Made by a program: the position numbers and the translations under genes
The notes under the pieces: model-generated
Databases searched by the model: none
Seen by the model: only the letters and a program-made list of their open reading frames with translations
Told to the model about the DNA's origin: nothing
DNA from: a virus
Lineage: Duplodnaviria > Caudoviricetes
Direction: 5' to 3' (one strand)
DNA: 63,273 nt
Virus record (IMG/VR): IMGVR_UViG_3300036770_005137
Span: 1-63,273 of that record
Shown here: one piece after another, positions 8,862 through 18,533 of the stretch
How positions within the stretch are numbered: position 1 is the first letter of the stretch
How the letters are laid out: every line of letters begins with the position of its first letter

Positions 8862-9832
8862 TCTGCTTCTCTATATCGTTCTGCCCAAACTGGATCAAAC
8901 AAATAATCTTTAGTATCAATATTTAATTCCCAGCAAGATTTAATTCTATACTTCCAAGCAGTTTCCATATCATTATGCGAAAAATAATGACACTCACCTG
9001 GCCAATGATCCCATGGTTCTTTTAAATCAAACGAATCGAAATTACTAACAAAATTTAAATAATTTGACTTATTATAAACTAAACTTGTTGGCCTAACAAC
9101 ATCAGCTAGGAATCCCATTTTATTTTCATTATGAAACCATCTATCATCTACAGTTATTAAGTGCTTTCTGAAATATAGGCTTAAACCAGAATGCATATCA
9201 GTCCCCAATCTTAAAAGCATTTGATTTAACTTGTCTTTTTTAAAATCAAATTCTAAGTTCCAATTACAAAACACATCAGAAGAAAATAATCCCCCAATCA
9301 AACGTAAGTGATTAGCAGAAGGGCTAGCATAATTATATCTTAATTCGTCATAATCACCTCTCATTTGGAAGGAAAAATTTTTATAATCAGAAAAAGAATT
9401 TTCTATTTCTTTAGTAGAAGAATTATATAAGTAAATACAATCCGGTCTAGCAAAAAATACACGGTGATACCTTACTCCGGTTTTAAACTCGTGAATTCTT
9501 TTTTGAAACCCGGCAAGGTAATTTAAATACATTAACCCTTTAAAATAAGAATTAGTCCATCTAGATCTGTCCCAATGTGCAGAATTATAATCAGGTATAG
9601 TTGAATTCAAAATTTGAGCATTATAGATAATATTCTGATTTTTAGATTTTAAGAATGAGTAAATCTCATCACAAGAAGTGGTCTTACTCTCGTGAATACA
9701 AACAAACCAATCAGCGTCTTCAAAAACATCTTGAATAAATTTGACTATATATTCTTTACAAAAATGCCAAGTTCTCGGAGCACCGGTCAAAATAACTGCT
9801 GTCTTTAAATTATATTGATTAGCTTTTATCAT
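8858..9832 (-). CDS. putative glycosyltransferase-like protein, paralogue of 13353-14246
   Basis: AVILTGAPRTW and FFARPD fit the G-x-x-R...RPD pattern seen in putative GT-A-like proteins; VVRPT is shared with the paralogue. Confidence 0.5.
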   Translation of the reverse strand: MIKANQYNLKTAVILTGAPRTWHFCKEYIVKFIQDVFEDADWFVCIHESKTTSCDEIYSFLKSKNQNIIYNAQILNSTIPDYNSAHWDRSRWTNSYFKGLMYLNYLAGFQKRIHEFKTGVRYHRVFFARPDCIYLYNSSTKEIENSFSDYKNFSFQMRGDYDELRYNYASPSANHLRLIGGLFSSDVFCNWNLEFDFKKDKLNQMLLRLGTDMHSGLSLYFRKHLITVDDRWFHNENKMGFLADVVRPTSLVYNKSNYLNFVSNFDSFDLKEPWDHWPGECHYFSHNDMETAWKYRIKSCWELNIDTKDYLFDPVWAERYREAE

Positions 9833-10944
9833 ATAAATCTCGTACTAGGATTAATATTTTTTATAATATCTTCTTTGATTTCATTTGTAAAATAACCAGC
9901 ATTAATAATAACTATAGGACTTTCCTTATTACGCAGAATTTCAGGAGATTCGACGTAGAAAGAAGTTCCATATAATCTTTGTTTCTGTTTTTTAACATTA
10001 TTATCAAGCACAAATAATAAATTACCAGTATTTAACCCTAGTTTAATTAAAAATTGCGAAAAAACATGTGCTCCAAAAATATAAAAATCTTGCTCATCTT
10101 GCAATTTGAAATTTAAAACTTTTATATAATCTACTAAATGCTGAAAATATTCTTCGATTAATTGTTTATTTTTATAATAAAGACCTTTATCTAATTCAAG
10201 ATAATGATCACAAACTTGTTTTTTAAAAGCATAAAATATACTATGACATTCTTGATAGTATACACATTCGATTAATTTAAAATTTGATCTATTAAACAAG
10301 TATTCAATATATTCTTCAGTAATTAAAAATGTATGTTCAAAGTTCAGAACATTAGTATAATATTTTTTTATCATTGATTTTAAATTTGGAATTGAGAAAA
10401 TTACTCTTGAACCTATAGCTAACTTTTTATTTAAAATGGACAAAAAACTATTAATATCTAAAACATGCTCTAAAAAATGACTATGAACCACTGTATCTAT
10501 ACTGTAAGATTCGATATCAATTTCCTCATTAAAAAAACTGCTGATGCCTTCACTACTTGAAATATTAGGATCAACCATTAACCATGAAATTTCTTTATTA
10601 AAAAATGATTTTAATAATCCATGCCCAGATCCTAACTCTAAAACTGACTTAGGATTATACTTTTTAATAAAGTCAGAAAAACTAACATGGTGATCGTGCC
10701 ATGCTTTTCCAATTTCCCCAGAATAATGACTGTGTTTATAAACAATTTTAGGCGGAAAGATTGGATCTATTTGCACTAGCCCTGAAGATTTGCTAACAAA
10801 AAAGTTAAGATCATTAGCTAAATCCAACGTTATACTTTCTAAAGTCGTTCCCATAAAGCAAGGAAAATCCTTTATACAATAAAGTAGTTCTAAATCAGAA
10901 TTATTAGTTATTAAATCTCTATTTTTATATATTATATCAATCAT
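9829..10944 (-). CDS. NDP-sugar C-methyltransferase-like class I methyltransferase
   Basis: LELGSGHG, HFLEHV, FEHTF, and a C-terminal FGA...LDNNVKKQKQRLYGT domain typical of NDP-hexose C-methyltransferases. Confidence 0.7.
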   Translation of the reverse strand: MIDIIYKNRDLITNNSDLELLYCIKDFPCFMGTTLESITLDLANDLNFFVSKSSGLVQIDPIFPPKIVYKHSHYSGEIGKAWHDHHVSFSDFIKKYNPKSVLELGSGHGLLKSFFNKEISWLMVDPNISSSEGISSFFNEEIDIESYSIDTVVHSHFLEHVLDINSFLSILNKKLAIGSRVIFSIPNLKSMIKKYYTNVLNFEHTFLITEEYIEYLFNRSNFKLIECVYYQECHSIFYAFKKQVCDHYLELDKGLYYKNKQLIEEYFQHLVDYIKVLNFKLQDEQDFYIFGAHVFSQFLIKLGLNTGNLLFVLDNNVKKQKQRLYGTSFYVESPEILRNKESPIVIINAGYFTNEIKEDIIKNINPSTRFI

Positions 10945-10988
10945 GTTTAAAAAAACTTACACATAGTCTAATCATTCTCCATAGCTTA

Positions 10989-12161
10989 TTATGTTAGATT
11001 AAAAGTTTGATCTCCTGGCCATAAAGGCATTTTTGTTCCAGGAAAACGTTTAGGTATCTTGCTATCTGCACTACTTACACAGCTAGGACTCGAGCACACT
11101 TTCGGTCCATCATATAATGTGAAACCTGTTTCTATGTTCCCTATCGGAGGATCATAACAGCTATAACTTCGTTTAATACTACCATCCGGTTCTCTTATAA
11201 TAATGCCCCTATAACCACTACTACATTCCCATCCGTTAAACTTATTAAAATTAAAAGCATTAAACCGTTCTGCTTGATCCATATACCAAATTTTTTTATT
11301 TTTATCTATGAATTCAACTTGAAAATGTTGAGGTATTTTAGAATTTTCTTCTCTAAAGATAGGGTCTGGAGTTTTAAAAAATCTTGGCTCTGGACGTTTT
11401 ACTTGTTTAGCTTTAGCTGCTTTATCTTCAGTAAATGCACGCTGAGGCATGCCATTATGTAAGCGTTCAAGCATTTCTTTTGTGTATCCATCGACTACAC
11501 GACTCGCAGTAGGATCACTCTGAGGTTTCAATGTTACATTAATTCCTTGTTCATGAAAAAACAAAGCGTTATTAAAATCTCTATCAAACCATTCTGGAAC
11601 CATGACCATATTAATAGTAATCTGCACATCATGTTCTTGACATAATATTAATTTGTCGGCAAAATCTTGCATCTTTTCTTTAGTATTAACATGTTCAGTA
11701 TGCAAACTAGCAGTAATACTAGCCCTATGAAACTTGCTAACAGCTGGACAATATTTGTCTTCGAACCATTTAATTGGCCTACTCATATTACTAGTCATAT
11801 GCACACTTGTATAATTTGTATTATCAACATCATCATTAAGATATGCAAGAATATCAGTATAACCTGGATGAAAAGTAGGTTCACCACCACTAAGGCTAAA
11901 ATGAAAACTATTAAAATTTCGTTCTCTAGCTTGACGTTTTATCTCATCAATAGTCTTTAAACATAGTTCTAAAGGTCTATGATCTTTAGAATCACTGCGG
12001 GCATACGGCCAACAATAACTACAGCGATAATTACAATACCGGCCTAATAACCAACTCACTGTAAAAAGATCTTTGTATAACATTGTTCTTTGTCCTACTC
12101 GAACAATTTCATCATACGGAATCTTAGTGAAATCGTATGCACTCCAACTTAAATCATTCAT
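10989..12161 (-). CDS. radical SAM protein with C-terminal SPASM/Twitch-like Cys domain
   Basis: CNYRCSYC, SGGEPT, TSN; C-terminal WECSSG...SC...CSSPSC. Confidence 0.9.
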   Translation of the reverse strand: MNDLSWSAYDFTKIPYDEIVRVGQRTMLYKDLFTVSWLLGRYCNYRCSYCWPYARSDSKDHRPLELCLKTIDEIKRQARERNFNSFHFSLSGGEPTFHPGYTDILAYLNDDVDNTNYTSVHMTSNMSRPIKWFEDKYCPAVSKFHRASITASLHTEHVNTKEKMQDFADKLILCQEHDVQITINMVMVPEWFDRDFNNALFFHEQGINVTLKPQSDPTASRVVDGYTKEMLERLHNGMPQRAFTEDKAAKAKQVKRPEPRFFKTPDPIFREENSKIPQHFQVEFIDKNKKIWYMDQAERFNAFNFNKFNGWECSSGYRGIIIREPDGSIKRSYSCYDPPIGNIETGFTLYDGPKVCSSPSCVSSADSKIPKRFPGTKMPLWPGDQTFNLT

Positions 12162-12844
12162 AATTTATTAATATGCTCTTTAATGTATGTTGCTTCCCAT
12201 TTCGAACCGTTGAGGCTAAAATGGCCTCCTTCGTCGATAACAAATTTGTTCCATTCTTCTGCTGTTAATTTATCTTCTATAGTTAAAATTCCTTCTATAA
12301 AACAATGGTTTTTTCTATGGAAAAACAAAAGATCTACTTTATCTTTAAGCCAATCTAAATAAATCCTATGTTCATATTGAAAAGTTTGTCTAGGATTTAA
12401 ACAAGAATAGATTGCTTCTGCTAAAAAAAACCCAGTATGATCCTTATAACCTAATGTGCCATAGTTAACGGTAATAACTTCATTCATAGTTAAATCTAAA
12501 TAAAAATAGTTATCCTCAAGTTGTTTTATACGAGGCAGAATTACGAAATCAGTATTATTAAGAGGCTCATTATAATATGTAAATCTTCCTTCTGTAGTAG
12601 CTTGAAAAATTATTTTATCAAATAAAATAGGAATATTTTTTTTCACTTGATCTAAAACGTAAATGCTGTGAATAATACTGCTACCAGGAAAAGCAAAATT
12701 ATAAAAATTATGATAAGGCATAATTTTTGACAATTGTCTTACCCAATTATTTTCTCCTGTATCAGCAAATCCATTATTATAAGAATCCTCTATTCTATAA
12801 TGTATTCCCGCAGTCCAACTGCATCCAAAACAAGCTATATTCAT
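12158..12844 (-). CDS. SGNH/GDSL-like hydrolase or acyltransferase
   Basis: GCSWTAG, NFAFPGSS and C-terminal DEGGH. I moved the start to the ATG at 12844, which makes an ATGA overlap (the track start is 12886). Confidence 0.6.
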   Translation of the reverse strand: MNIACFGCSWTAGIHYRIEDSYNNGFADTGENNWVRQLSKIMPYHNFYNFAFPGSSIIHSIYVLDQVKKNIPILFDKIIFQATTEGRFTYYNEPLNNTDFVILPRIKQLEDNYFYLDLTMNEVITVNYGTLGYKDHTGFFLAEAIYSCLNPRQTFQYEHRIYLDWLKDKVDLLFFHRKNHCFIEGILTIEDKLTAEEWNKFVIDEGGHFSLNGSKWEATYIKEHINKL

Positions 12845-13356
12845 ATCACTGCCTTTACATCTAACCCAATCCGTTGACAATACCAAACTGGGAGTAAAAG
12901 TTTATTATCAGCATCATTCATAACATCATACAACCAGTTATTTTCAAAATCACTTACTTTAAATCGAAATGCACTTGTTGACCATTTTAACATAGCAATA
13001 ATATTTCCGAAAATCCAAGACTGATCCGGCTCCATTGATCCTTTTTGAAAAACCACTAAATTGCTTACAAAAACATTCTTGTATTGAGCTAGTGCATACG
13101 TATTTTCTATGGAATAATTGTTCCATACATATATAACATTTATATCTTCCTTTTCCGAATTAAGATTATAAAAATTGGTTTTTCTTTCTAAATAACTATC
13201 TAATATAATAGAAGCAATTGTAAATTTTCTATAAAGAGACTCTGGTCGGTCTAATTTTAAATGAACGATTTTCGAGGACATGTCAAATATTTTATCTATA
13301 TTTTTTTTAAAATCTATAGCTTTATCTATATTATTATCTAAATCAATTATAATCAT
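12841..13356 (-). CDS. hypothetical protein, paralogue of 8352-8861
   Basis: Shared motifs with 8352-8861; ATGA overlaps at both ends. Confidence 0.7.
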   Translation of the reverse strand: MIIIDLDNNIDKAIDFKKNIDKIFDMSSKIVHLKLDRPESLYRKFTIASIILDSYLERKTNFYNLNSEKEDINVIYVWNNYSIENTYALAQYKNVFVSNLVVFQKGSMEPDQSWIFGNIIAMLKWSTSAFRFKVSDFENNWLYDVMNDADNKLLLPVWYCQRIGLDVKAVI

Positions 13357-14246
13357 ATGTGATAATCTCTTTTATCAATTTTAAACTCTTCTAAAATCTT
13401 TATTTTTTGATCCACATCTGCTTGATTCCAGGCATCATCCTTTCCTGGTATCCAATATTCTCCGTCCCATTTATTACAATTTTCAATCAATCTAGTAATA
13501 TCCATAGTAGGTCTAACAACTTCTTGATGAATTACAGGATTTAGATTTAACCGACTAAAAGGAGCCATTTTAGGATCAATTAACCCTAATCTATGACTTT
13601 CAATAAAATCTAAAACATCAGTATGCGCTTCTCCTCGCCAAACACTCATATTTTTTATATTTTGATAATAATTGTTAAAATCTAAATAATGTAATCCCCA
13701 TAGATCTATAGAAAATTTTCCGAATATAAAAAAAGTATCTGTTACTCCATGTCCATGAAAATACGGATTATAATGTGGTGATCCTCTTAAACTTAAATAA
13801 AAGTGCAAGTCTTTATCAAAATTTAATCTATCTATTTCAAAATTAATTGATTGTTGATTATAAAATAGCAAAAGATCGGGCCTTGTAACGATAGTCCTGT
13901 CATATTCTACCTCATGATTTATCTCATATAATTTTTTATACTTACATAAATAATATGCAAAATAAGCTCTACTAAGTGTTGAATAATATGTAGACACAAA
14001 TCCTTTATCTCTGTATTTTTGGAAAGGTTCACTAATTTCAGACCTTTTTAAAAAAGCAAAAAATTTTAAATTTAAATTATTTTCTTTGAAAAAATTACGT
14101 ATATTTTGTTCTGTATCTGTATTAGATTCCCACACAGCCATAAACCAATCAATATCCCCGTATAAATCTTTATAGACTAACATAGATTTATTTTTAATAT
14201 AGTTCCAAGTCCTCAAATCTCCCCATAAAAACCCTGCTGTTTTCAT
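13353..14246 (-). CDS. putative glycosyltransferase-like protein, paralogue of 8858-9832
   Basis: AGFLWGDLRTW, YDRTIVTRPDL, DTFF and VVRPT. Confidence 0.5.
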   Translation of the reverse strand: MKTAGFLWGDLRTWNYIKNKSMLVYKDLYGDIDWFMAVWESNTDTEQNIRNFFKENNLNLKFFAFLKRSEISEPFQKYRDKGFVSTYYSTLSRAYFAYYLCKYKKLYEINHEVEYDRTIVTRPDLLLFYNQQSINFEIDRLNFDKDLHFYLSLRGSPHYNPYFHGHGVTDTFFIFGKFSIDLWGLHYLDFNNYYQNIKNMSVWRGEAHTDVLDFIESHRLGLIDPKMAPFSRLNLNPVIHQEVVRPTMDITRLIENCNKWDGEYWIPGKDDAWNQADVDQKIKILEEFKIDKRDYHI

Positions 14247-14247
14247 A

Positions 14248-15351
14248 TTAATCTTTTAATAAACTATATAGTTCAGTATTTAAATTTCTCCAATCTTCAT
14301 TTCTTACATCGTTCACTTTTTTATCTTTATCTAAAAATAAATCAATGTCACCTTCCTTATCAAATTCAGCTTTGATCATACTTAAACAATGAGAAGATGT
14401 TTTTCCTGTAAGATCTTTTAATATTTTATTCTTTACCTTTTTTGGTAGATTAGATGGCTGCATCCAATTTGGACCATCTACCATTTGCCATTCTACAAAT
14501 AAATTTCCTTTAAATGTTGTTTTGACAAAATCTTCTAGAATATAAAAATTATTAACATTATAGATGCTGATAATTCCATGTATTTTTGCTTTTTTAGGAA
14601 AATGCTCCGAGAACCAATTCATAACTTTTACTACATTATCCCATTTGCTTCCTTTTCTTAAAAAGCTATTTAAATCCCCATAAGCATCTACACTAAGATT
14701 AACCCAAACAACTTCACACTGCTTTAACAGATCATGTAGTTCTTCATTAGGTATTATTGTTGTATTTGTCGTAAGCAAAATCCTCAATTTATCTAATGTG
14801 CATCTTTTAAGTAAATTTATAAACTTATCTTGTTCCATTAATGGTTCGCCGCCTATTAATTTCAGATAACGTAATTTTGTTAAATCATAATTTTCTAATA
14901 TAGGTTTACTATTAATAATTCCAGATAGCTTTATCGGTGGAAAAAACTCATCACCAAGCTTCTTCGCATCACTATACCAATTAGTGCTTAATTCTGGGTT
15001 GCACATTCTACAACGATTATTACAAACATTGCTTAATGCAAGGTCAACATGCGTTAATATTGGGGCAGGAGGAATCTCTGATCCCAAATCTCTTACAAAA
15101 TCCAACCTCATACTGCGTGTTCCGTTGCTAATCTTTTCTTGTTCATAACACATTCCACATCCAGGATGAGGCTTATCCTCAATCATATATTGTCTTAATT
15201 CTTGCATAAATGAATGATTAAAAACATCTTCATTATCAAGATGCAAATCCTTTGGAGTGTGCTCGTGTCTAAATTGACAACAAGGATAAACTTGATTATT
15301 CGGTCGAATAGCTATATGATGAAATGGTAACAGGCAGCGATGTCTATACAT
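14248..15351 (-). CDS. radical SAM protein with N-terminal Twitch domain
   Basis: N-terminal CLLPF...PCC...GCGMC; CNNRCRMC; GGEP. Confidence 0.9.
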   Translation of the reverse strand: MYRHRCLLPFHHIAIRPNNQVYPCCQFRHEHTPKDLHLDNEDVFNHSFMQELRQYMIEDKPHPGCGMCYEQEKISNGTRSMRLDFVRDLGSEIPPAPILTHVDLALSNVCNNRCRMCNPELSTNWYSDAKKLGDEFFPPIKLSGIINSKPILENYDLTKLRYLKLIGGEPLMEQDKFINLLKRCTLDKLRILLTTNTTIIPNEELHDLLKQCEVVWVNLSVDAYGDLNSFLRKGSKWDNVVKVMNWFSEHFPKKAKIHGIISIYNVNNFYILEDFVKTTFKGNLFVEWQMVDGPNWMQPSNLPKKVKNKILKDLTGKTSSHCLSMIKAEFDKEGDIDLFLDKDKKVNDVRNEDWRNLNTELYSLLKD

Positions 15352-16081
15352 AAGATTGCTCTCTTAATCTTTTTTCTAAATATTCAGCAACTAAAACTTG
15401 AACTTCCATCGAAGTATGATATGGAGGTGCTTCAGGCTTTTGGTATGAAACTAAATCGAATTGATCGACTGTTATAAGATTTTCTTTACTACAATATTTG
15501 TAAAATGGATGAAATTCATTTTCTCTTACTCGAGTAACTGGAACATCTGGGCACCATAGTAAAAATTTAATTTTTGAGTCAGCTAGCTCGCGGATTGCAT
15601 GAGTAAACGCTATCATATCAATTTTAGACTGTATTTCAAAAGGATAATATTTTACTAAAATATTTCGCAGGTCGTCTAACTCAATATTATGAATTGGAAC
15701 TGTTACAACATGCTCGGTATATTCTTTACCAAGACCTTTATAAGGATGAATACGATGGGGGTAGTAAATATGTCCTAAATTCCAAGAAGCAGTATAATGA
15801 TCAAATTCAACATGACTTCGTTGATAAATTATTCTATTTGCATATGTCTGTCCAACAATAATCAAGTCTGCTTCTAAATCAATAGCTTCTAAAATTTGCA
15901 AAGCTACAACAGATATACTACTACCAGCAGCAGCAAGATTTATTAAATCAAATCCAATCCCATTTGCTAATATTTCACTATAATGTGTTCCCAATAAGCT
16001 AATCTCATTTCCATTTTTTTCCACCATTCTACTACAAATGGAATGAAAACTATCTCCGCAAACAATTAAACGCTTATTCAT
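15344..16081 (-). CDS. SGNH/GDSL-like protein
   Basis: IVCGDSF, LAAAGSS and C-terminal PPYHT. I moved the start to the ATG at 16081 (the track start is 16120). Confidence 0.6.
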   Translation of the reverse strand: MNKRLIVCGDSFHSICSRMVEKNGNEISLLGTHYSEILANGIGFDLINLAAAGSSISVVALQILEAIDLEADLIIVGQTYANRIIYQRSHVEFDHYTASWNLGHIYYPHRIHPYKGLGKEYTEHVVTVPIHNIELDDLRNILVKYYPFEIQSKIDMIAFTHAIRELADSKIKFLLWCPDVPVTRVRENEFHPFYKYCSKENLITVDQFDLVSYQKPEAPPYHTSMEVQVLVAEYLEKRLREQSYV

Positions 16082-16643
16082 ACCAAAATTTCCCTTGCAT
16101 AGGATCGATACTAACTTCATTTATACAAATGTCTTTAGGCTGATTTATTATCCACTCTATGTAACTAGCTGCTCTTTCGATTGGCATACATTTTCTATCT
16201 GGATGCTTTTCTTGAACATTACTTAAACTACCAAAACTTATTAAGCTGACCTTTGGTCCATGGCTCCAAACACCGTTTATTCCTAGAGTATTTGTGTAAT
16301 CTCTTAATGCTTTCTTTTCAGCGTTATATAGCCATGCACCGCCTTTTTTCACTCTATCAGTAGTAGAACCAATGCAAATAACATGACACATATGATTCTG
16401 TTCTACACAATATTTGTAAACTTGATCCAACAAAACTACCTGATTAAACTTCCATAACGCACTACAATTTATAAAAATATCGTAATTGAGTATTTCCAAA
16501 GCCAGCTTTTTATGTCCTTCTTGAGAAGTTAGATCGTAGCCTGTTGAACGACTACAAAAAAAAGCTAAAGGGAATAGTTTTTTAATTTCCTTAGCTAGGC
16601 CGTAATTTGAATTTCCAGCGACTATTATTTTTTTATCTAACAT
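16074..16643 (-). CDS. short-chain dehydrogenase/reductase-like protein
   Basis: N-terminal IVAGNSNYGLA, FINCSA, CIGS and the catalytic YNAEK (YxxxK). Confidence 0.75.
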   Translation of the reverse strand: MLDKKIIVAGNSNYGLAKEIKKLFPLAFFCSRSTGYDLTSQEGHKKLALEILNYDIFINCSALWKFNQVVLLDQVYKYCVEQNHMCHVICIGSTTDRVKKGGAWLYNAEKKALRDYTNTLGINGVWSHGPKVSLISFGSLSNVQEKHPDRKCMPIERAASYIEWIINQPKDICINEVSIDPMQGKFWYE

Positions 16644-17374
16644 AAAATATTATTTTCTTTAATAAAATCTAATATTGCATCTTTAACTACATGCTGATAC
16701 TCTGGAGTTGTGTGATATCCTGGATCAACGGCAATAGGAGCCATGTTTTGCCATTCAACCGTGTGATTGAAAGAAGTAAGAATATTCTTAAAACTACAAA
16801 AATCATTAAAATCACTATGTTTAAAGCAAACACCTTCCATCAAAGTCGGATACATTATATAAGGAATCATTGACACTTCTAACTTTCTTAAAGCATATTG
16901 AATACACCAAGTATCTACGTGATAAGCAAAACGGCTAGAGAATGTTTTAAGATATACTTCCTGTATTTTTTCATCTTCTATGTGGGTAATAGGAAGAGAC
17001 CATATAAAGTTCTCAGGTTTATCGTAGGTATTTCCTGTTACAGGATTTATCTTACGATAGAGCATGTCTTTAAGACCTAGTTTATGTGAACAATTACGAT
17101 CGTCGAACTTGTCCCCTATAATTTCTACTCTGTCACTACTTGAACAAGCGCCGATAATTATAAGATCAGGTTTATAACTTATGGCTTCGAGAGTTTGAAG
17201 CACTATAGCTCTATTAGAAGCTCCTTGCTGAGCAAAAGATAATAAATCAAAGTTTAAATCTTTTGCAAGTAATTCACTCCAATGTGTTCCTCCCCATTCT
17301 TCTGTATGGATAGTTGAAATAGCATTCCAACTATCTCCGCAGACTATTAATTTCTTTTTTACTGAGTCATCCAT
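16637..17374 (-). CDS. SGNH/GDSL-like protein
   Basis: IVCGDSW, AQQGASN and C-terminal DPGYHT; paralogue of 15344-16081. Confidence 0.65.
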   Translation of the reverse strand: MDDSVKKKLIVCGDSWNAISTIHTEEWGGTHWSELLAKDLNFDLLSFAQQGASNRAIVLQTLEAISYKPDLIIIGACSSSDRVEIIGDKFDDRNCSHKLGLKDMLYRKINPVTGNTYDKPENFIWSLPITHIEDEKIQEVYLKTFSSRFAYHVDTWCIQYALRKLEVSMIPYIMYPTLMEGVCFKHSDFNDFCSFKNILTSFNHTVEWQNMAPIAVDPGYHTTPEYQHVVKDAILDFIKENNILC

Positions 17375-17832
17375 ATTACTCTATCCTTAGAAGGCTTAGA
17401 TTCTTCTGTTAGGCTATTATTAAAAACACTCATATCTATATGATTTGACAAAACCTTTTTGTAATTATCTTTATATATACTTTTAGGAGCACATAAACCA
17501 CACCCACAAACCTTCTTTGGACAAATAATTGTAGGCATAGTTTCTGACTTTAACCTTGCTTCAAGCTCTTCTAGAATTTTATCTGACTCACTTAACTTTC
17601 CGATAGGCCCTCTTTTGCCTCCGAAATCTGCTTGACAAGTTTGATGATGGTAAACACTGTCGCTATGCTGTTCTATATGCATAAAAAACCAGTTTACGCT
17701 ACAATACCATCCTTCAAATTCACGGAATTCCACAAATTTACTTTTTCTCGACTCTTCGCCCTCACTTAAACACATGGTACGGGAACCACAACAAGGACGT
17801 CCTATTGCCATTCCTAATTTTTTTTCGCTCAT
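17359..17832 (-). CDS. stand-alone Cys-rich SPASM-like domain (C-terminal half of a split radical SAM enzyme)
   Basis: RPCCG, FEGWYCSV, HQTC and CPKKVCGCGLCAPK; resembles the C-terminus of 10989-12161. Confidence 0.7.
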   Translation of the reverse strand: MSEKKLGMAIGRPCCGSRTMCLSEGEESRKSKFVEFREFEGWYCSVNWFFMHIEQHSDSVYHHQTCQADFGGKRGPIGKLSESDKILEELEARLKSETMPTIICPKKVCGCGLCAPKSIYKDNYKKVLSNHIDMSVFNNSLTEESKPSKDRVIWMTQ

Positions 17833-18533
17833 ACATTCACCTTCTTTGTATCTTTATTCCAATAATCTTTAAACCATTGTAATTGCTCGTCAGTGTATTG
17901 ATGAGCAAAATTGCTCTTACTATCTGGTTCTTCTCCTATGATTCTTGGAACATATTTAATGCCTTGATCATCTAACCAATAACACAATTCTTTACATTCA
18001 TCAAAATAAGCAGCATGAAACATTACATTAATACTGACATTCATTCCGTGCTCTGGTCCTTCTTTGCTGAATTGAACCATACGGCGTCTTACTTGGTCTT
18101 TAAGACGCTGATCTGCTTCAGCATGATAACTTATAGTAATATGATTAAAGTTATCTAATACAGCATCAGCAATTTTCTTACTCATTGCTCCATTACTAGT
18201 AACAGTAAAGCTACATTCATAAAGATTTGCATATTCTTTATTATATAAATCTCTAATATATTTAGAAAATTCAATAAATTTAGGATGAACCGTAGGCTCT
18301 CCTCCAGTAAAATTAATACTAGCTTTTTTATAAAATCTATATTGCATGTATAATTTTATATACTTAAAAACGAACTCGGCATTCTTTTTTAAATCATCAA
18401 GTGCTGCATGAGGACTCCAATTATCATGCCTATGACTTGGACAATAACTACAGTCATAGTTACACCTACGACCTAAATCCCAAGTAATTTGTAACTGATT
18501 GCCATCAAGTAAATCGACTGTATCAAAACTCAT
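17829..18533 (-). CDS. radical SAM core domain (N-terminal half of the split enzyme)
   Basis: CNYDCSYC, TGGEPT, TSNG and ISYH. Confidence 0.9.
   Translation of the reverse strand: MSFDTVDLLDGNQLQITWDLGRRCNYDCSYCPSHRHDNWSPHAALDDLKKNAEFVFKYIKLYMQYRFYKKASINFTGGEPTVHPKFIEFSKYIRDLYNKEYANLYECSFTVTSNGAMSKKIADAVLDNFNHITISYHAEADQRLKDQVRRRMVQFSKEGPEHGMNVSINVMFHAAYFDECKELCYWLDDQGIKYVPRIIGEEPDSKSNFAHQYTDEQLQWFKDYWNKDTKKVNV

Noticed and set aside
10937-10975. 12-codon minus-strand mini-ORF (MIRLCVSFFKHD) in the only sizeable gap within the cluster
   Set aside because: It is too short, and the GGAG is too close to the ATG; likely chance.
17810-17850. Programmed frameshift or selenocysteine read-through joining the split radical SAM
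   Set aside because: The A8 run lies downstream of the TGA, and the second ORF is in a different frame, so read-through would not fuse them.
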